Source: Candidatus Omnitrophota bacterium (GTDB lineage: Bacteria; Omnitrophota; Gorgyraeia; Tantalellales; Tantalellaceae). Taken from it: 64,000 nt of DNA. The notes beneath the pieces are model-generated. The model was not told where the DNA came from. It was given only the letters and a program-made list of their open reading frames with translations, and did no database searches. The translations under genes and the position numbers were made by a program. Of the stretch, positions 18,074 through 28,293 are shown piece by piece. Within the stretch, counting starts at the first letter, position 1. The number at the start of each line of letters is the position of its first letter. The stretch covers positions 22,479-86,478 of the forward strand of contig WJMH01000015.1 of the NCBI GenBank assembly GCA_014728045.1, written 5' to 3'.

Positions 18074-19525
18074 TTACGCGGTCTTTTCAAGGCCTTTTAT
18101 TCCTATATCCAGTATGAATATGTCGTCAGTGGACTTGCCCGAACGGTAAAGCTCAACGTCCTTCAAAAGGGCCCTGTTGAACTCCTCGGCGGGAACGTAC
18201 TTGTTCTCGGCGATGAACGCCTCGAGCCTGCCGTCGCCGTACTGCTCCCCTCCTCCTCCGGCGGTCTCGGTGAGCCCGTCGGTAAACAGCAGCACCCTGT
18301 CGCCTCTCTCCAGTGCGAGATCCTTCTCGTGCAGGAGGTCTTCCTCGAAAGGCACTCCCAGTAGACTTGCCTGCGCCTTAAGTGCTACTATGTTCCCCTG
18401 CCTGGCGTGATAGACGTACTGCGGGGGGTGGCCGTAACTTGAATAGGTTAGGCGCATCCGGTCAAGGTCGACCATGCCGCAGAAAGCGCTCAGGTACATC
18501 TCCGTACCTTCGAAATCCTCCTCGATGAAACTGTTGAGGTCCCTGAGCAGCACCCCGGGACTCTTGCCTTCCTGGGCCAGGCGCTCGAACTCCGCGTGGA
18601 CCCTGTTGACCAGAAGGGCGGCCGACACGCCGTGACCGGTAACATCGCAGATAATGAAAATGAACCGGTCCTCGTCAAGGAACTTGTACTTGGCGTAGTC
18701 GCCTCCCATGTAATAGACCGGCAGATAGCTGACGGCTATATCGACCCTGGGGGAGGTCACCGAAGGCGGAACGAGCGTCTTGTGTATGCGGGTTGCCAGC
18801 TCCAGTTCCCTGCGCATCTGGTCGCTTTTCTCCTCGACCTCCTTGAAGAGCACGTAATTCTGAACGTCCCGTGCCATCTCGGCCCTGCGCACCACCACGC
18901 ACAGAAAGACCGCCATTATTATGAAAATGAACCCGTCGAGGTAAGGCATAAGCCCGAACTGTTCAAGGTCGGTCCCCGCCAGGCTCCTTATCCTCAGAAA
19001 AGAAGCCGAGTAGGCCACCAGGTGCATAAGACCTATTGCGATAACTTCCAGCGGTTTCCAGGGGATGGTCACAGATACGAAAAAGACCGTGAAGACGAAG
19101 GTGGCCGCGGCCACTACAGGGTCATCCCTGTAGACCACGCTCAGTTTGACCAGGACCGCCAGCATGAGCGCGGTAAAAATATAAGCGTTGAACCTGGCGG
19201 AGGTAAGGCTGGTAGCCTTCTGGTTGAAATAAAAAATGACCGCTGCGGCCAGAAGAAGCAGTACCCCGAGGAGGATATCCAGGATAATCACCTGCTCCGG
19301 ATACATCACCAGGCTTGCCGCGACCGTGAAAAAGTAAAGGAAAACCACCAGGGCGCAGAAAAGGTTGACCCTGGACCTGATAAGAGATGTCTGTTCATGG
19401 ATGAAGCCGGGAAGGTATTTGCCGGGTATGTCCCTGATAGACCTTAACCGTTCCATGTTCAGCAGTTTCTCCGCGACTGACCTTTCCCCCGAAAAGAAGC
19501 TTTTCATATAATATGAAAATAGCAT
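18074..19525 (-). CDS. membrane-anchored PP2C / SpoIIE-family serine phosphatase
   Basis: 483 aa. N-terminal multi-TM region, then a PP2C domain (ICDVTGHGVSAALL, FTDGLTE). Confidence 0.75.
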   Translation of the reverse strand: MLFSYYMKSFFSGERSVAEKLLNMERLRSIRDIPGKYLPGFIHEQTSLIRSRVNLFCALVVFLYFFTVAASLVMYPEQVIILDILLGVLLLLAAAVIFYFNQKATSLTSARFNAYIFTALMLAVLVKLSVVYRDDPVVAAATFVFTVFFVSVTIPWKPLEVIAIGLMHLVAYSASFLRIRSLAGTDLEQFGLMPYLDGFIFIIMAVFLCVVVRRAEMARDVQNYVLFKEVEEKSDQMRRELELATRIHKTLVPPSVTSPRVDIAVSYLPVYYMGGDYAKYKFLDEDRFIFIICDVTGHGVSAALLVNRVHAEFERLAQEGKSPGVLLRDLNSFIEEDFEGTEMYLSAFCGMVDLDRMRLTYSSYGHPPQYVYHARQGNIVALKAQASLLGVPFEEDLLHEKDLALERGDRVLLFTDGLTETAGGGGEQYGDGRLEAFIAENKYVPAEEFNRALLKDVELYRSGKSTDDIFILDIGIKGLEKTA

Positions 19526-19563
19526 ATAACAGGTGCCGCTTCAACAAATTTCGTCGGCTCAGG

Positions 19564-19593
19564 TTGACTCAGGCGGGCATAAGCAACTATACT
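19564..19593 (+). promoter_or_regulatory. sigma70-like promoter for the EamA transporter gene
   Basis: TTGACT, 18-nt spacer, TATACT, about 25 nt upstream of ATG 19618. Confidence 0.4.
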
Positions 19594-19617
19594 TAAGAAA
19601 AAGGTTTCAGGAAAATC

Positions 19618-20511
19618 ATGGATCTGAGTCATACCATAATAGGATGCACGGCCGCTCTTATCTCTGCCGCCGCGTGGGCTTTCGACCCGATACTCTTCAA
19701 GAAGCTCGGCGAAAAGGTCCTTCCCGCGGCCATGAACCTGGGCAGGGCGCTGGTGGGGATGGTATACCTGTTGCTTTTGGTCTCTTTCATCGGGATCGAG
19801 ACGATGCCGGCGAAGTCCCTGCTTTATCTGGGGGTAAGCGGCATCCTGGGTATCGCCCTGGGGGACACCTTCTTCCTGATGGGGCTGGTCAGGCTCGGTC
19901 CGAGGCTTGCCGTTCTTATGGAGACCCTCTGCCCGGTAATGACGGTCCTGCTTGCTGTAGTGTTCCTCGGCGAACGCCCTTCCCTGCCGGTATGGACCGG
20001 TATCGTATTGACGATAGGCGGAGTCCAGTGGGTCCTCTGGGAAAGGACCCCTCGTGAAAAGCTCAAACATAACTGGCTGGCGGGCATCAAGTTCGGCGCT
20101 CTCTCTGTAACATGCACCTCGGTGGGCATAATATTCGCGAAGATAGGACTGGTCGAAGCCTCGCCCGTAGAAGCTACGATGGTCAAACTCTTTTTCGGGA
20201 GCATTGGTCTTCTCATATGGGGCTTTGCGGGCCTGCGGATAAAGAAATGGATCGCACCCTTCCGGGAAAACCCCCGGCTCGCGTTCAACCTCTCATACGC
20301 GGTATTCGTGGCGATAGGCATAGGCCTTCTTTTCTCGGTGATCGCCCTTAAATACGCCAACGCGACGATAGCGGTACCCCTTAATTCCACCAGCCCCCTT
20401 TTCGTGCTGCCCTTGGTCGCTTTCTTCTTCAGGGAAAAGGTCTCACTACGCGCGGTGCTCGGCGCCGCGGTCGCGGTCGCGGGAATAATCTTGATTTTCC
20501 TTTATAGTTGA
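19618..20511 (+). CDS. EamA/DMT-family transporter
   Basis: 297 aa, 10 predicted TM helices in the two-EamA-repeat architecture. Confidence 0.75.
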   Translation: MDLSHTIIGCTAALISAAAWAFDPILFKKLGEKVLPAAMNLGRALVGMVYLLLLVSFIGIETMPAKSLLYLGVSGILGIALGDTFFLMGLVRLGPRLAVLMETLCPVMTVLLAVVFLGERPSLPVWTGIVLTIGGVQWVLWERTPREKLKHNWLAGIKFGALSVTCTSVGIIFAKIGLVEASPVEATMVKLFFGSIGLLIWGFAGLRIKKWIAPFRENPRLAFNLSYAVFVAIGIGLLFSVIALKYANATIAVPLNSTSPLFVLPLVAFFFREKVSLRAVLGAAVAVAGIILIFLYS

Positions 20512-20525
20512 GTATATTCTAAAGC

Positions 20526-21953
20526 ATGGCGCAAATACGAGAAGATATCATGAAAATGGCCCGGCAGCGCCGGGAGGACTTTAAGCGCTTCCAGCAAGAG
20601 GGGCTTATCCCCCTTGACGGGGACTTTTTCCCTTCTGTGCACTACCCTCCCATAACAATGTATCCTCCGATAAGCGAGAAGGATCTTTTCAGGACCTATA
20701 CAAACCCTCCCGACGGTCTGTTCGACCTTTACGCTCACCTGCCCTTCTGCATACAGCACTGCACGTTCTGCCACTACCCGGTGAAAGTGGGCGAACTCGA
20801 AGAAGAGAAGGACAGGTACCTCGACGCGCTGGAGAAGGAAATGGATATCTACATGCGCCTTCTGGGCCTCGAGAAAATAAAGGCCAGGTCCATACTCGTC
20901 GGCGGGGGGACACCGACCTACCTGAGCCCCGCCCAGCTTGAGAGGTTCCTGGAGTTCTTTACTTCCCGTCTGGACACCAGCTCACTCACCCAGTTCACTT
21001 ACGACGTGGACCCTCCCACTCTGCTCGGGGAGGAAGGAGCCCAGCGGCTCAAGCTGATGCGTGATTTCGGAGTGAGCAGGCTGACCATAGGTCTACAGTC
21101 GCTTGATGATGAGGTGCTGGATAAAATGAACCGCCCCCACACCGCGAAGGAAGCCGTCGAATCGGTCGAAGCCTCCCGCAGGGCCGGATTCACCAACAAC
21201 ATAGAATTCATCTTCGGCTACGAAGGCCAGAGCCTGGAGAACTGGACCGAGATGATGGAGCGGGCTGTCGGGCTGGATACTGAAGAAGTGCAGCTCTACC
21301 GGCTCAAGGTCGTTCCCTACGGTGATTTCGAGGGTCCGGTCAAGCGCAAATACATACAGAACACCGAAAGCTTCCCCAGCCCCGAGGAAGCTATAATGAT
21401 GAAGCAGATAGCCATTTCCATACTCAACGAGAACGGTTACAGCGAGAACCTCAGAAGGGTGTTCACGAAAAAAAGAGATGATTACTCCCATTACGCGGAC
21501 AACCAGTGCTGTAAACTGCGTGACGAAGTCGGCTTCGGCCTTACCGCCTTCAGCAGCCTCCGGGACAGGTTCGCGCTCAACACGCAGAACTTCAAGGAAT
21601 ATTACGACATGGTCTCGCGGGAGCGCCTTCCCGTTAACCGCGGCCTGGTAAGGACAAGGGACGACCAGCTCAGGTGGGCCCTGGTCCTGCCTCTTAAGAA
21701 CCGGGAGATCTACAAGAGCCTTTACGAAATGAGAACAGGCGCAAGTCTGGATGAGGTCTTCCGGAAGAAAATAGAGAAACTCAAAAGGTTCGGCCTGTTG
21801 TACGAAAACGAAAAGCTCCTCAGGTTGACCGAACTGGGGGCTTTTTTCGCGGACGAGGTCTGCGAACAGTTCCACCACCCCGACTATATACCCTTCCCCA
21901 GGGAGAACTACGCCCGGGGGCAGCTCTATCCCTATGATGACTGGCAGCCCTAA
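20526..21953 (+). CDS. HemN-like radical SAM protein (oxygen-independent coproporphyrinogen oxidase family)
   Basis: 475 aa. CxxxCxxC (CIQHCTFC) and GGGTPT motif. Confidence 0.75.
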   Translation: MAQIREDIMKMARQRREDFKRFQQEGLIPLDGDFFPSVHYPPITMYPPISEKDLFRTYTNPPDGLFDLYAHLPFCIQHCTFCHYPVKVGELEEEKDRYLDALEKEMDIYMRLLGLEKIKARSILVGGGTPTYLSPAQLERFLEFFTSRLDTSSLTQFTYDVDPPTLLGEEGAQRLKLMRDFGVSRLTIGLQSLDDEVLDKMNRPHTAKEAVESVEASRRAGFTNNIEFIFGYEGQSLENWTEMMERAVGLDTEEVQLYRLKVVPYGDFEGPVKRKYIQNTESFPSPEEAIMMKQIAISILNENGYSENLRRVFTKKRDDYSHYADNQCCKLRDEVGFGLTAFSSLRDRFALNTQNFKEYYDMVSRERLPVNRGLVRTRDDQLRWALVLPLKNREIYKSLYEMRTGASLDEVFRKKIEKLKRFGLLYENEKLLRLTELGAFFADEVCEQFHHPDYIPFPRENYARGQLYPYDDWQP

Positions 21954-21957
21954 AGGC

Positions 21958-22833
21958 TTATTTCCCGCCTCGGTCCGATACAGGTTTTTCGAACACCAGA
22001 AAGAACATCTCGTTGGCGAATACCTGCCGTTCACGGCGCGGGATCGACCTGAAAAACGCCGAACTGCTGAAATCCTCCACGTCCTCCCGGTGAGATGCGG
22101 TCATGAATATGTCAAAACTCTCTTTCAGGCGGAACCCCACTGACTCGTAATTATCCACAACGGTATCGACCTCTAGGGCCATGGACACAAAAGGCAGGTT
22201 TTTCCTGTTATATTTGCGCATGAACGAATGGACGAACGGCGTGTTGATGATATCGATGACGACCGCCCTTCCCCCCCGGCTTGAGGGATCTGTATATATT
22301 CTCAACGAGAACTCTGTCCCTCCGGTAGAATCTGTCGTGGTACCTCCTCTGCGCGTCCGGATCTCCCAGAAAGTAACCGCAAAGGCTGAGAAAGGCCATG
22401 TCCGCGGTGTGTGGCGGAAGGAGCTGCTCCTTGTAGCTTTTTTTCATGAGGGTAACATTATCATACGGGTTAAGCTCATCGTCCTTGAGGGCTGATTGCA
22501 TGTACTCATCCATGCTACGGCTTGTCTCGGGGTATACCTGGATGCCGTAAACATGGCCCTCCGGCCCCGCCGCTTTTGCCAGTTTGAAGGTCCAGTACCC
22601 CGGGCCGGGGTCAAGATCGAGGATCTTTTCACCCGGGAGATATCTAAAAGCCTGATCACTTTCTCCGGATAATGCAATAAGTCCCTCTCCGGGCGGATAA
22701 GCTCTTCCCAGCCGAAAACATACGATCCCCTCTCAGGGCGGTCATTCTGCTGGAGCGAATGGGAAAAAGAGCAGACGAAAATGCAATAAACCAGGCCGGC
22801 GAGGACCAATGTTCTCTTTATGTGTCGTGTCAT
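21958..22833 (-). pseudogene. frameshifted paralog of the downstream secreted SAM-dependent methyltransferase
   Basis: Three consecutive ORFs (22444-22833, 22208-22513, 21958-22305) in different frames each align to successive parts of the intact paralog 22856-24280 (for example ILDLDPGPGYWTFKLAKAAGPEGHVYGIQV versus VADVGAGAGYWTFPLAKAVGPTGKVYAIDI, and MFFLVFEKPV versus MFFFIFKKPV). The C-terminal domain is absent. Confidence 0.6.
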
Positions 22834-22855
22834 TCGGCTCTCCTTTAATCCTACG

Positions 22856-24280
22856 TCAATCTTCCCCGGGAATTATCCTGAAAGAAACAGGATTGGATAC
22901 CACTTTTTTGATAATGGGTTCGCCACCATTGAAATAGGTCTTCATTTCCCTGGTGAGGGTCACGGTATATTCCCCCGGTACCCGGTCAAGGCAGTACAGG
23001 GTGGAACCAGATGGCCCGATCTGCGCGGTGAACCCCGCGCCCCTGTAAACGATCTTTCCGGTAACAGGGTCCTTCCATTCACCCGAGCGTATCTTCCATT
23101 CGGGCTGTTCACCTTCGGGCCCTACCGGGAAGAACTTGTTTCCCCCGGAGGCATCACCCAGAGCGATCGATTCAACCGGCTCTCCATCTGCGTGATAGAC
23201 CCGTGGCACGACCGATACGTTCAAGAACCTTCCCCTTTCCTCACCATAAGTAAGTCTCCGGTACCTGTCCTCCAGGGTCAGCCTTATCCCCTCTTCCGGC
23301 AGGTTACGGTACTCAGCTTTTATCCTTATGGTCTCTCCCGCCCGGTAGGTCCCCCTGTCGGCAGAGATCGTTACTCGGGCTGGAACTGACGCCTTCACAG
23401 GTTTCTTGAAGATAAAGAAGAACATGTCGTTGACGTAGAACAATCTGGCCTTCGGTGACAACTTCCTGTATACCGGAAGACTTTGGAACTCGCGAACATC
23501 CTGTTTGTGTTCCTCATCAGAATATAGGTCGTACTCCTTCTCGAAGATAAAACCCATGCGCTCGAAGTTCTCTTTCACCAGGCTCTTGCTCTTTGCCGCT
23601 ACAAAAGCCCTGTATTGGCCCAGGCTCTTCGAATAAAACCTGTTCGACCGGATAAGAGGAGAATCGAACATATCTATGACGATAAGTTCGCCCCCGGGTT
23701 TAAGGGCTCTAAAAATGCTTTCAACAACCCTCCGGGATATCCGCATTTTGGTCACATTGTACGAATAGGTATCCATGTTACTGGAATAGGCGTCCTCTTC
23801 CGCGGCGCGCAGTATCCCCATCTGGCAGAGGAACGCCGCGTCCAGCGTCTCCGGAGGCATACCTATATCGTCCTCGAGCGTCCTCATTATCCTTATGTTG
23901 TCGTGGACGTTCATCGTGTCGTTCAGGACCTTTTTGCCGAAATATTCATAAAGCTCCGGGAAATAATCGGCGTCGATATCGATCGCATAGACCTTCCCTG
24001 TGGGCCCTACCGCTTTAGCCAGGGGAAAAGTCCAGTAACCGGCTCCAGCGCCTACATCAGCCACCCGGTCCCCTTTTTTCAAGCCCATCAGATCTACCGC
24101 CTCCTCGGGATGGTAAATAAGGTCCCTTTCGGGCAGCACCATGCTGACCCAAGGGAAATCACCTTCAATAAGATCGGTCTCAGACTGTGTCCACGCACGC
24201 CCGGCGCATAGCGAAAGCACCATGAGCCCGGCTACTATCCCGCGCGGGAAAGCCATAACAAGTTTCATTCCAGAGAACAT
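22856..24280 (-). CDS. secreted class I SAM-dependent methyltransferase with extra C-terminal beta-rich domain
   Basis: 474 aa. Signal peptide, motif I DVGAGAGYWT, and a C-terminal ~170-aa domain of unknown function. Start ATG 24280 is preceded by AAGGAG. Confidence 0.7.
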   Translation of the reverse strand: MFSGMKLVMAFPRGIVAGLMVLSLCAGRAWTQSETDLIEGDFPWVSMVLPERDLIYHPEEAVDLMGLKKGDRVADVGAGAGYWTFPLAKAVGPTGKVYAIDIDADYFPELYEYFGKKVLNDTMNVHDNIRIMRTLEDDIGMPPETLDAAFLCQMGILRAAEEDAYSSNMDTYSYNVTKMRISRRVVESIFRALKPGGELIVIDMFDSPLIRSNRFYSKSLGQYRAFVAAKSKSLVKENFERMGFIFEKEYDLYSDEEHKQDVREFQSLPVYRKLSPKARLFYVNDMFFFIFKKPVKASVPARVTISADRGTYRAGETIRIKAEYRNLPEEGIRLTLEDRYRRLTYGEERGRFLNVSVVPRVYHADGEPVESIALGDASGGNKFFPVGPEGEQPEWKIRSGEWKDPVTGKIVYRGAGFTAQIGPSGSTLYCLDRVPGEYTVTLTREMKTYFNGGEPIIKKVVSNPVSFRIIPGED

Positions 24281-24408
24281 ATCGATTCTCCTTGCTTAAA
24301 GTGAAAATTTATCCGAAAAACCCTGTTAAAAGTAATATACTACATTACTTTCCATATACAAAAAGAATTTCTGTTGCTGACCGGGACCAGTTATGATAAA
24401 TTAAATCG

Positions 24409-25462
24409 CATGTTCAGTAAACTCGCCAAAGACATAGATAAAGCGCTTTTGGACCTCTCCGGACAGCTCAAGGGCTCGGAAGGCTATCGCCTCCTCTATA
24501 AAGGCATTAAGGATTTCATGCTCAGGCCCGGCAAAAGGATACGCCCGGTTCTTTTCATGACAGCTTACAGGGGCTACACGAAAAAGAAACGCATCCCCGC
24601 CGGGAAACTCGCCAGAAGCGCTCTTTCGGTGGAACTATTGCATGATTTTTTGCTGGTGCATGACGATGTAATAGATAATTCTGCTGTAAGGCGCGGCAAG
24701 CCTTCCCTTCACCGCTTCTTCAATAAAGAACTTTCAAGAAGCGCCGGGGATAAGATCGGCTCCGACCTCAGTATAGTTGCCGGGGACATAATATTCGCCC
24801 TGGCCGTTGACGCTCTCATGACGGTGGATGAGACCCCACTCAGGAAGCAGAAGGCGCTTGAAAAGTTCACTGAAGCCGCCCGCCTTACAGGTATAGGCGA
24901 GTTCATCGACGTGGTGAACGACACCAGAAGCATCTGCTCCATGAAAAAAGAGGATATACTGAGGGCCTACGAGCTCAAGACGGCGCGGTATACTTTCGAG
25001 GCGCCCCTTCTCATCGGGGCCATACTCGCAGGCGCGCCGGAAAGTGAGCGGAAGAAGCTTTCAGGCCTTGGGGTTACGCTCGGGCAGGCGTTCCAGATAT
25101 ATGATGACCTCCTGGACACCTTCTCCACCAGCGAAAAGATCGGTAAACCCGTGCTCTCAGATCTTGCCGAATCCAAGAAGACCCTCATGGTCTGGAAAAC
25201 CTACAACACGCTGAAAGGAAAAGACAGGCGTCTCCTTAAAGAACTCCTTGAAAAGGACAAAAAGACGCGCTCGGACCTTCTTAAGTTCCGCAGACTCATC
25301 ACCTCCTCCGGAAGCGACAGGTACTGCGCGAACAAGGTGCTTTCTCTGCTGCTGGAGGCTGGCACCGTCTGCGCCGGCCTTAAGATGAGGTCCGGCCCGA
25401 AAAAAACCCTGAGGCAGTTCATCAGGTCTTTCTATTCCAAAACCGTCACTTTCTCAAAATAA
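24409..25462 (+). CDS. polyprenyl diphosphate synthase (IspA/GGPP synthase family)
   Basis: FARM LLVHDDVIDNS and SARM QIYDDLLD motifs. I chose the ATG start at 24409; the six-frame ORF begins at a TTG at 24374. Confidence 0.8.
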
Positions 25463-25475
25463 GCAGGACTGAACC

Positions 25476-26315
25476 ATGGAGATAAACATAGCAAAAAGTT
25501 CTGGTTTCTGTTTCGGGGTAAAGCGCGCCATCGACATGTGCATGGAGCTTGCTGGCGGGGACGAGGCGGTCTACATACTCGGCGACATAGTACATAACGA
25601 GCATGTGGTTGAAACCCTCGCCAAAAAAGGCATAAAGAAGCTGCGGAAAATAAAAAGGCCTCCCGAAGGCTCCGTGCTTGTCATCAGGGCGCACGGCGCT
25701 CCACGGCAGACCTTCCTTGAGGCCGGGAAAGCCGGTTTCAGGATCGTGGACGCTACCTGCCCCATGGTGAAGGATATCTACAAGATAGGCAGGAAGCTCG
25801 AGAAGACCCACAAGATAATCATCATAGGGGACGCGGGGCACGACGAGGTCAAGGGTATAGCCGGGCAGCTCGATAATGAACCTGTGATCATAGAGTCCCC
25901 GGAAGCCGTTCCGGCCAAAGCATTTTCCGGGGTCCGCAAAGCTGCCGTAATAACCCAGTCCACCCAGACGAAAGAGAACATACAGGCGATCATGGAAAAG
26001 CTCAAGAGTATCATCCCCCGGGTGCAGCTGCATGACACGACCTGCCGCACCACGGTGGTAAAACAGCAGCAGATAAAGAAACTGCCCCGGGAGAATGACG
26101 TAGTGCTCATCGTGGGATCCCGAACCAGCGCCAATACCAAGAGGCTCTACCAGATAGCCCGGAAAATAAAAAAACGTACTCACTGGATATCGTCATCAAA
26201 GGACCTCAAAAAAGAATGGTTCCGGGGCGCCCGGAAAGTGGGCATAATGGCGGGGGCATCCACGCCGGATGAAGTAACCCGCTCTATCGTGAAAAAACTC
26301 AGAAGCTGGACCTGA
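25476..26315 (+). CDS. ispH: 4-hydroxy-3-methylbut-2-enyl diphosphate reductase
   Basis: 279 aa. N-terminal GFCFGVKRAID and the conserved Cys ligands of IspH/LytB. Confidence 0.9.
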   Translation: MEINIAKSSGFCFGVKRAIDMCMELAGGDEAVYILGDIVHNEHVVETLAKKGIKKLRKIKRPPEGSVLVIRAHGAPRQTFLEAGKAGFRIVDATCPMVKDIYKIGRKLEKTHKIIIIGDAGHDEVKGIAGQLDNEPVIIESPEAVPAKAFSGVRKAAVITQSTQTKENIQAIMEKLKSIIPRVQLHDTTCRTTVVKQQQIKKLPRENDVVLIVGSRTSANTKRLYQIARKIKKRTHWISSSKDLKKEWFRGARKVGIMAGASTPDEVTRSIVKKLRSWT

Positions 26316-26319
26316 GAGA

Positions 26320-26877
26320 ATGTACCTACTTATCGACAATTACGATTCCTTTACCTACAACCTTTACCAGGCTTTCGCTGAACAGGGGGTGGACCTTCTG
26401 GTCAGAAGGAACGACCGAATAAGCCTTGGCGAGATCGAGAAGCTTGCCCCTGAGAAGATAATAATCTCGCCCGGGCCCAAAACTCCCGAAAGCGCGGGAA
26501 TATCCGTTGAGGTCATAAGAAGCTTCTCGTCCCTGAAACCGATACTGGGCGTATGCCTAGGGCTTCAGTGCATAGTTCAAGCCTGCGGCGGCAGGATAGA
26601 CCGGGTTAAAAAGATCGTACACGGGAAGACCTCGCTCATAGAACATGACCGAAAGGGTATATTCAAAGGGGTGCCCTCCCCTTTCCGGGGAGCTAGGTAC
26701 CACTCCCTTCACGCCGAGCGGATACCCGATTGCCTCAGGGTCACCGCCCGCACTCAGGATGATATCGTAATGGGAGTTGAACACCTGGAGCTGCCCCTGG
26801 TGGGGTTACAATTCCACCCCGAGTCCTTTCTCACGGAGGAAGGATCAGTAATAGTTAAGAACTTCATCGAGTTATAA
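26320..26877 (+). CDS. pabA: glutamine amidotransferase component II of aminodeoxychorismate / anthranilate synthase
   Basis: 185 aa class-I GATase (MYLLIDNYDSFTYNL...). pabA is preferred over trpG only by neighbourhood and partner size. Confidence 0.8.
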   Translation: MYLLIDNYDSFTYNLYQAFAEQGVDLLVRRNDRISLGEIEKLAPEKIIISPGPKTPESAGISVEVIRSFSSLKPILGVCLGLQCIVQACGGRIDRVKKIVHGKTSLIEHDRKGIFKGVPSPFRGARYHSLHAERIPDCLRVTARTQDDIVMGVEHLELPLVGLQFHPESFLTEEGSVIVKNFIEL

Positions 26878-26879
26878 TA

Positions 26880-28283
26880 ATGGAAAAATACTTGCCACCG
26901 ATAAATAGAAGCTGCCTTATCGAAAGGATACCCCTCTGGCGTCCGGTGGAAGAGGTCTTTTCGTATTTCGCGGAGCGCCCCTACACGTCTCTCCTTCACA
27001 GTTCTCTCCGGACGGACGCGGGAAGATACTCTTTTCTCGGTATCGACCCTTTTCTGGTCATGCGCAGTAAAGGACGTAAGATAACGGTTGAGACCGGCAG
27101 GAAGACCCGGATCGGCGAAGGCGATGTCTTTGAATGCCTTAAGAGAATCCTGAACACATACCGGGTGGATAACCCCACCTCTTTCCCGCTCATCTCCGGA
27201 GGGATGGGTTATTTCTCCTACGACCTCAAAGACCTGATCGAGGATCTGCCAAGAAGGGCTGTGGATGACCTGGCTCTGCCGGAAAGCTGTTTTTGCTTCT
27301 TTAGGACGATACTTATTCATGACAGGAAGGACCCTGGATGCATACATATCTCGATAACCTCCGACGGCGGTGAAACCCGCCAGTTGCTCGAGAATTACAA
27401 GGCCATCATGAATGGAACGCGGAAAGAAGGATCTACCCTGATAGATAGCTCAAAGGCTTTCCCCGGCCTGTGCGCCGATATCTCCCGGAAGGATTACCTG
27501 AAGAAAGTTGAAAAAGTGCTGGATTACATACGCGCTGGTGATATCTACCAGGCATGCCTTTCACAGCGCTTTACGGCACGGTGGCCTCTGGGGGGTTATT
27601 CCCTCTACCAGAGACTTAACAGGAAAAATCCCGCGCCCTTCAGCGCGTATCTTAACCTTCCCGAAGCGAAGGTCCTCTCCTCCTCCCCGGAAAGGTTCCT
27701 CCGCGTGGCGGACGGACAGGTGGAGACCAGGCCCATGAAAGGCACGCGAAGCCGCGGATCCTGTGAAGCGAGCGACAGGAAAATGAGGGAAGACCTCGTC
27801 AATAGCTCCAAGGACGCCGCGGAACTTGCGATGATAGTGGACCTTGAAAGGAACGACCTGGGAAAGGTCTGCGTGCCCGGATCGATCAGGGTGACAGAGC
27901 ACCGCAGGGTCGAGACCTATCCCACGGTATTCCAGACGATCTCGGTGGTAAGGGGTCTGCTGGCTAAAGATACAAGCCTTGGCCAGATCGTGAAAGCCTC
28001 TTTCCCGGGGGGCTCGATCAGCGGGTGCCCGAAGGTGCGCGCCATGGAAATAATAGACGAGCTCGAACCCACCGCGAGGAGCGTGTACACCGGGTCTATA
28101 GGTTACATGAGCTTTCACGGGACCATGGACCTCAATATGGCCATTAGAACGATGTTGCTTAAACAGGGGCGGGTTTATTTCCAGACAGGGGGCGGCATAG
28201 TAGCCGATTCAGATCCTGAGGAGGAATACGAAGAAACACTTCACAAAGCGCGCGCTATGATGGAGATATTCGGTAAACAGTAA
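26880..28283 (+). CDS. pabB: aminodeoxychorismate synthase component I (chorismate-binding enzyme; anthranilate synthase I family)
   Basis: 467 aa chorismate-binding domain (PERFL, MKGT, GGxxxGxP motifs). The size fits PabB better than TrpE. Confidence 0.75.
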   Translation: MEKYLPPINRSCLIERIPLWRPVEEVFSYFAERPYTSLLHSSLRTDAGRYSFLGIDPFLVMRSKGRKITVETGRKTRIGEGDVFECLKRILNTYRVDNPTSFPLISGGMGYFSYDLKDLIEDLPRRAVDDLALPESCFCFFRTILIHDRKDPGCIHISITSDGGETRQLLENYKAIMNGTRKEGSTLIDSSKAFPGLCADISRKDYLKKVEKVLDYIRAGDIYQACLSQRFTARWPLGGYSLYQRLNRKNPAPFSAYLNLPEAKVLSSSPERFLRVADGQVETRPMKGTRSRGSCEASDRKMREDLVNSSKDAAELAMIVDLERNDLGKVCVPGSIRVTEHRRVETYPTVFQTISVVRGLLAKDTSLGQIVKASFPGGSISGCPKVRAMEIIDELEPTARSVYTGSIGYMSFHGTMDLNMAIRTMLLKQGRVYFQTGGGIVADSDPEEEYEETLHKARAMMEIFGKQ

Positions 28284-28293
28284 GAAGAACTCA

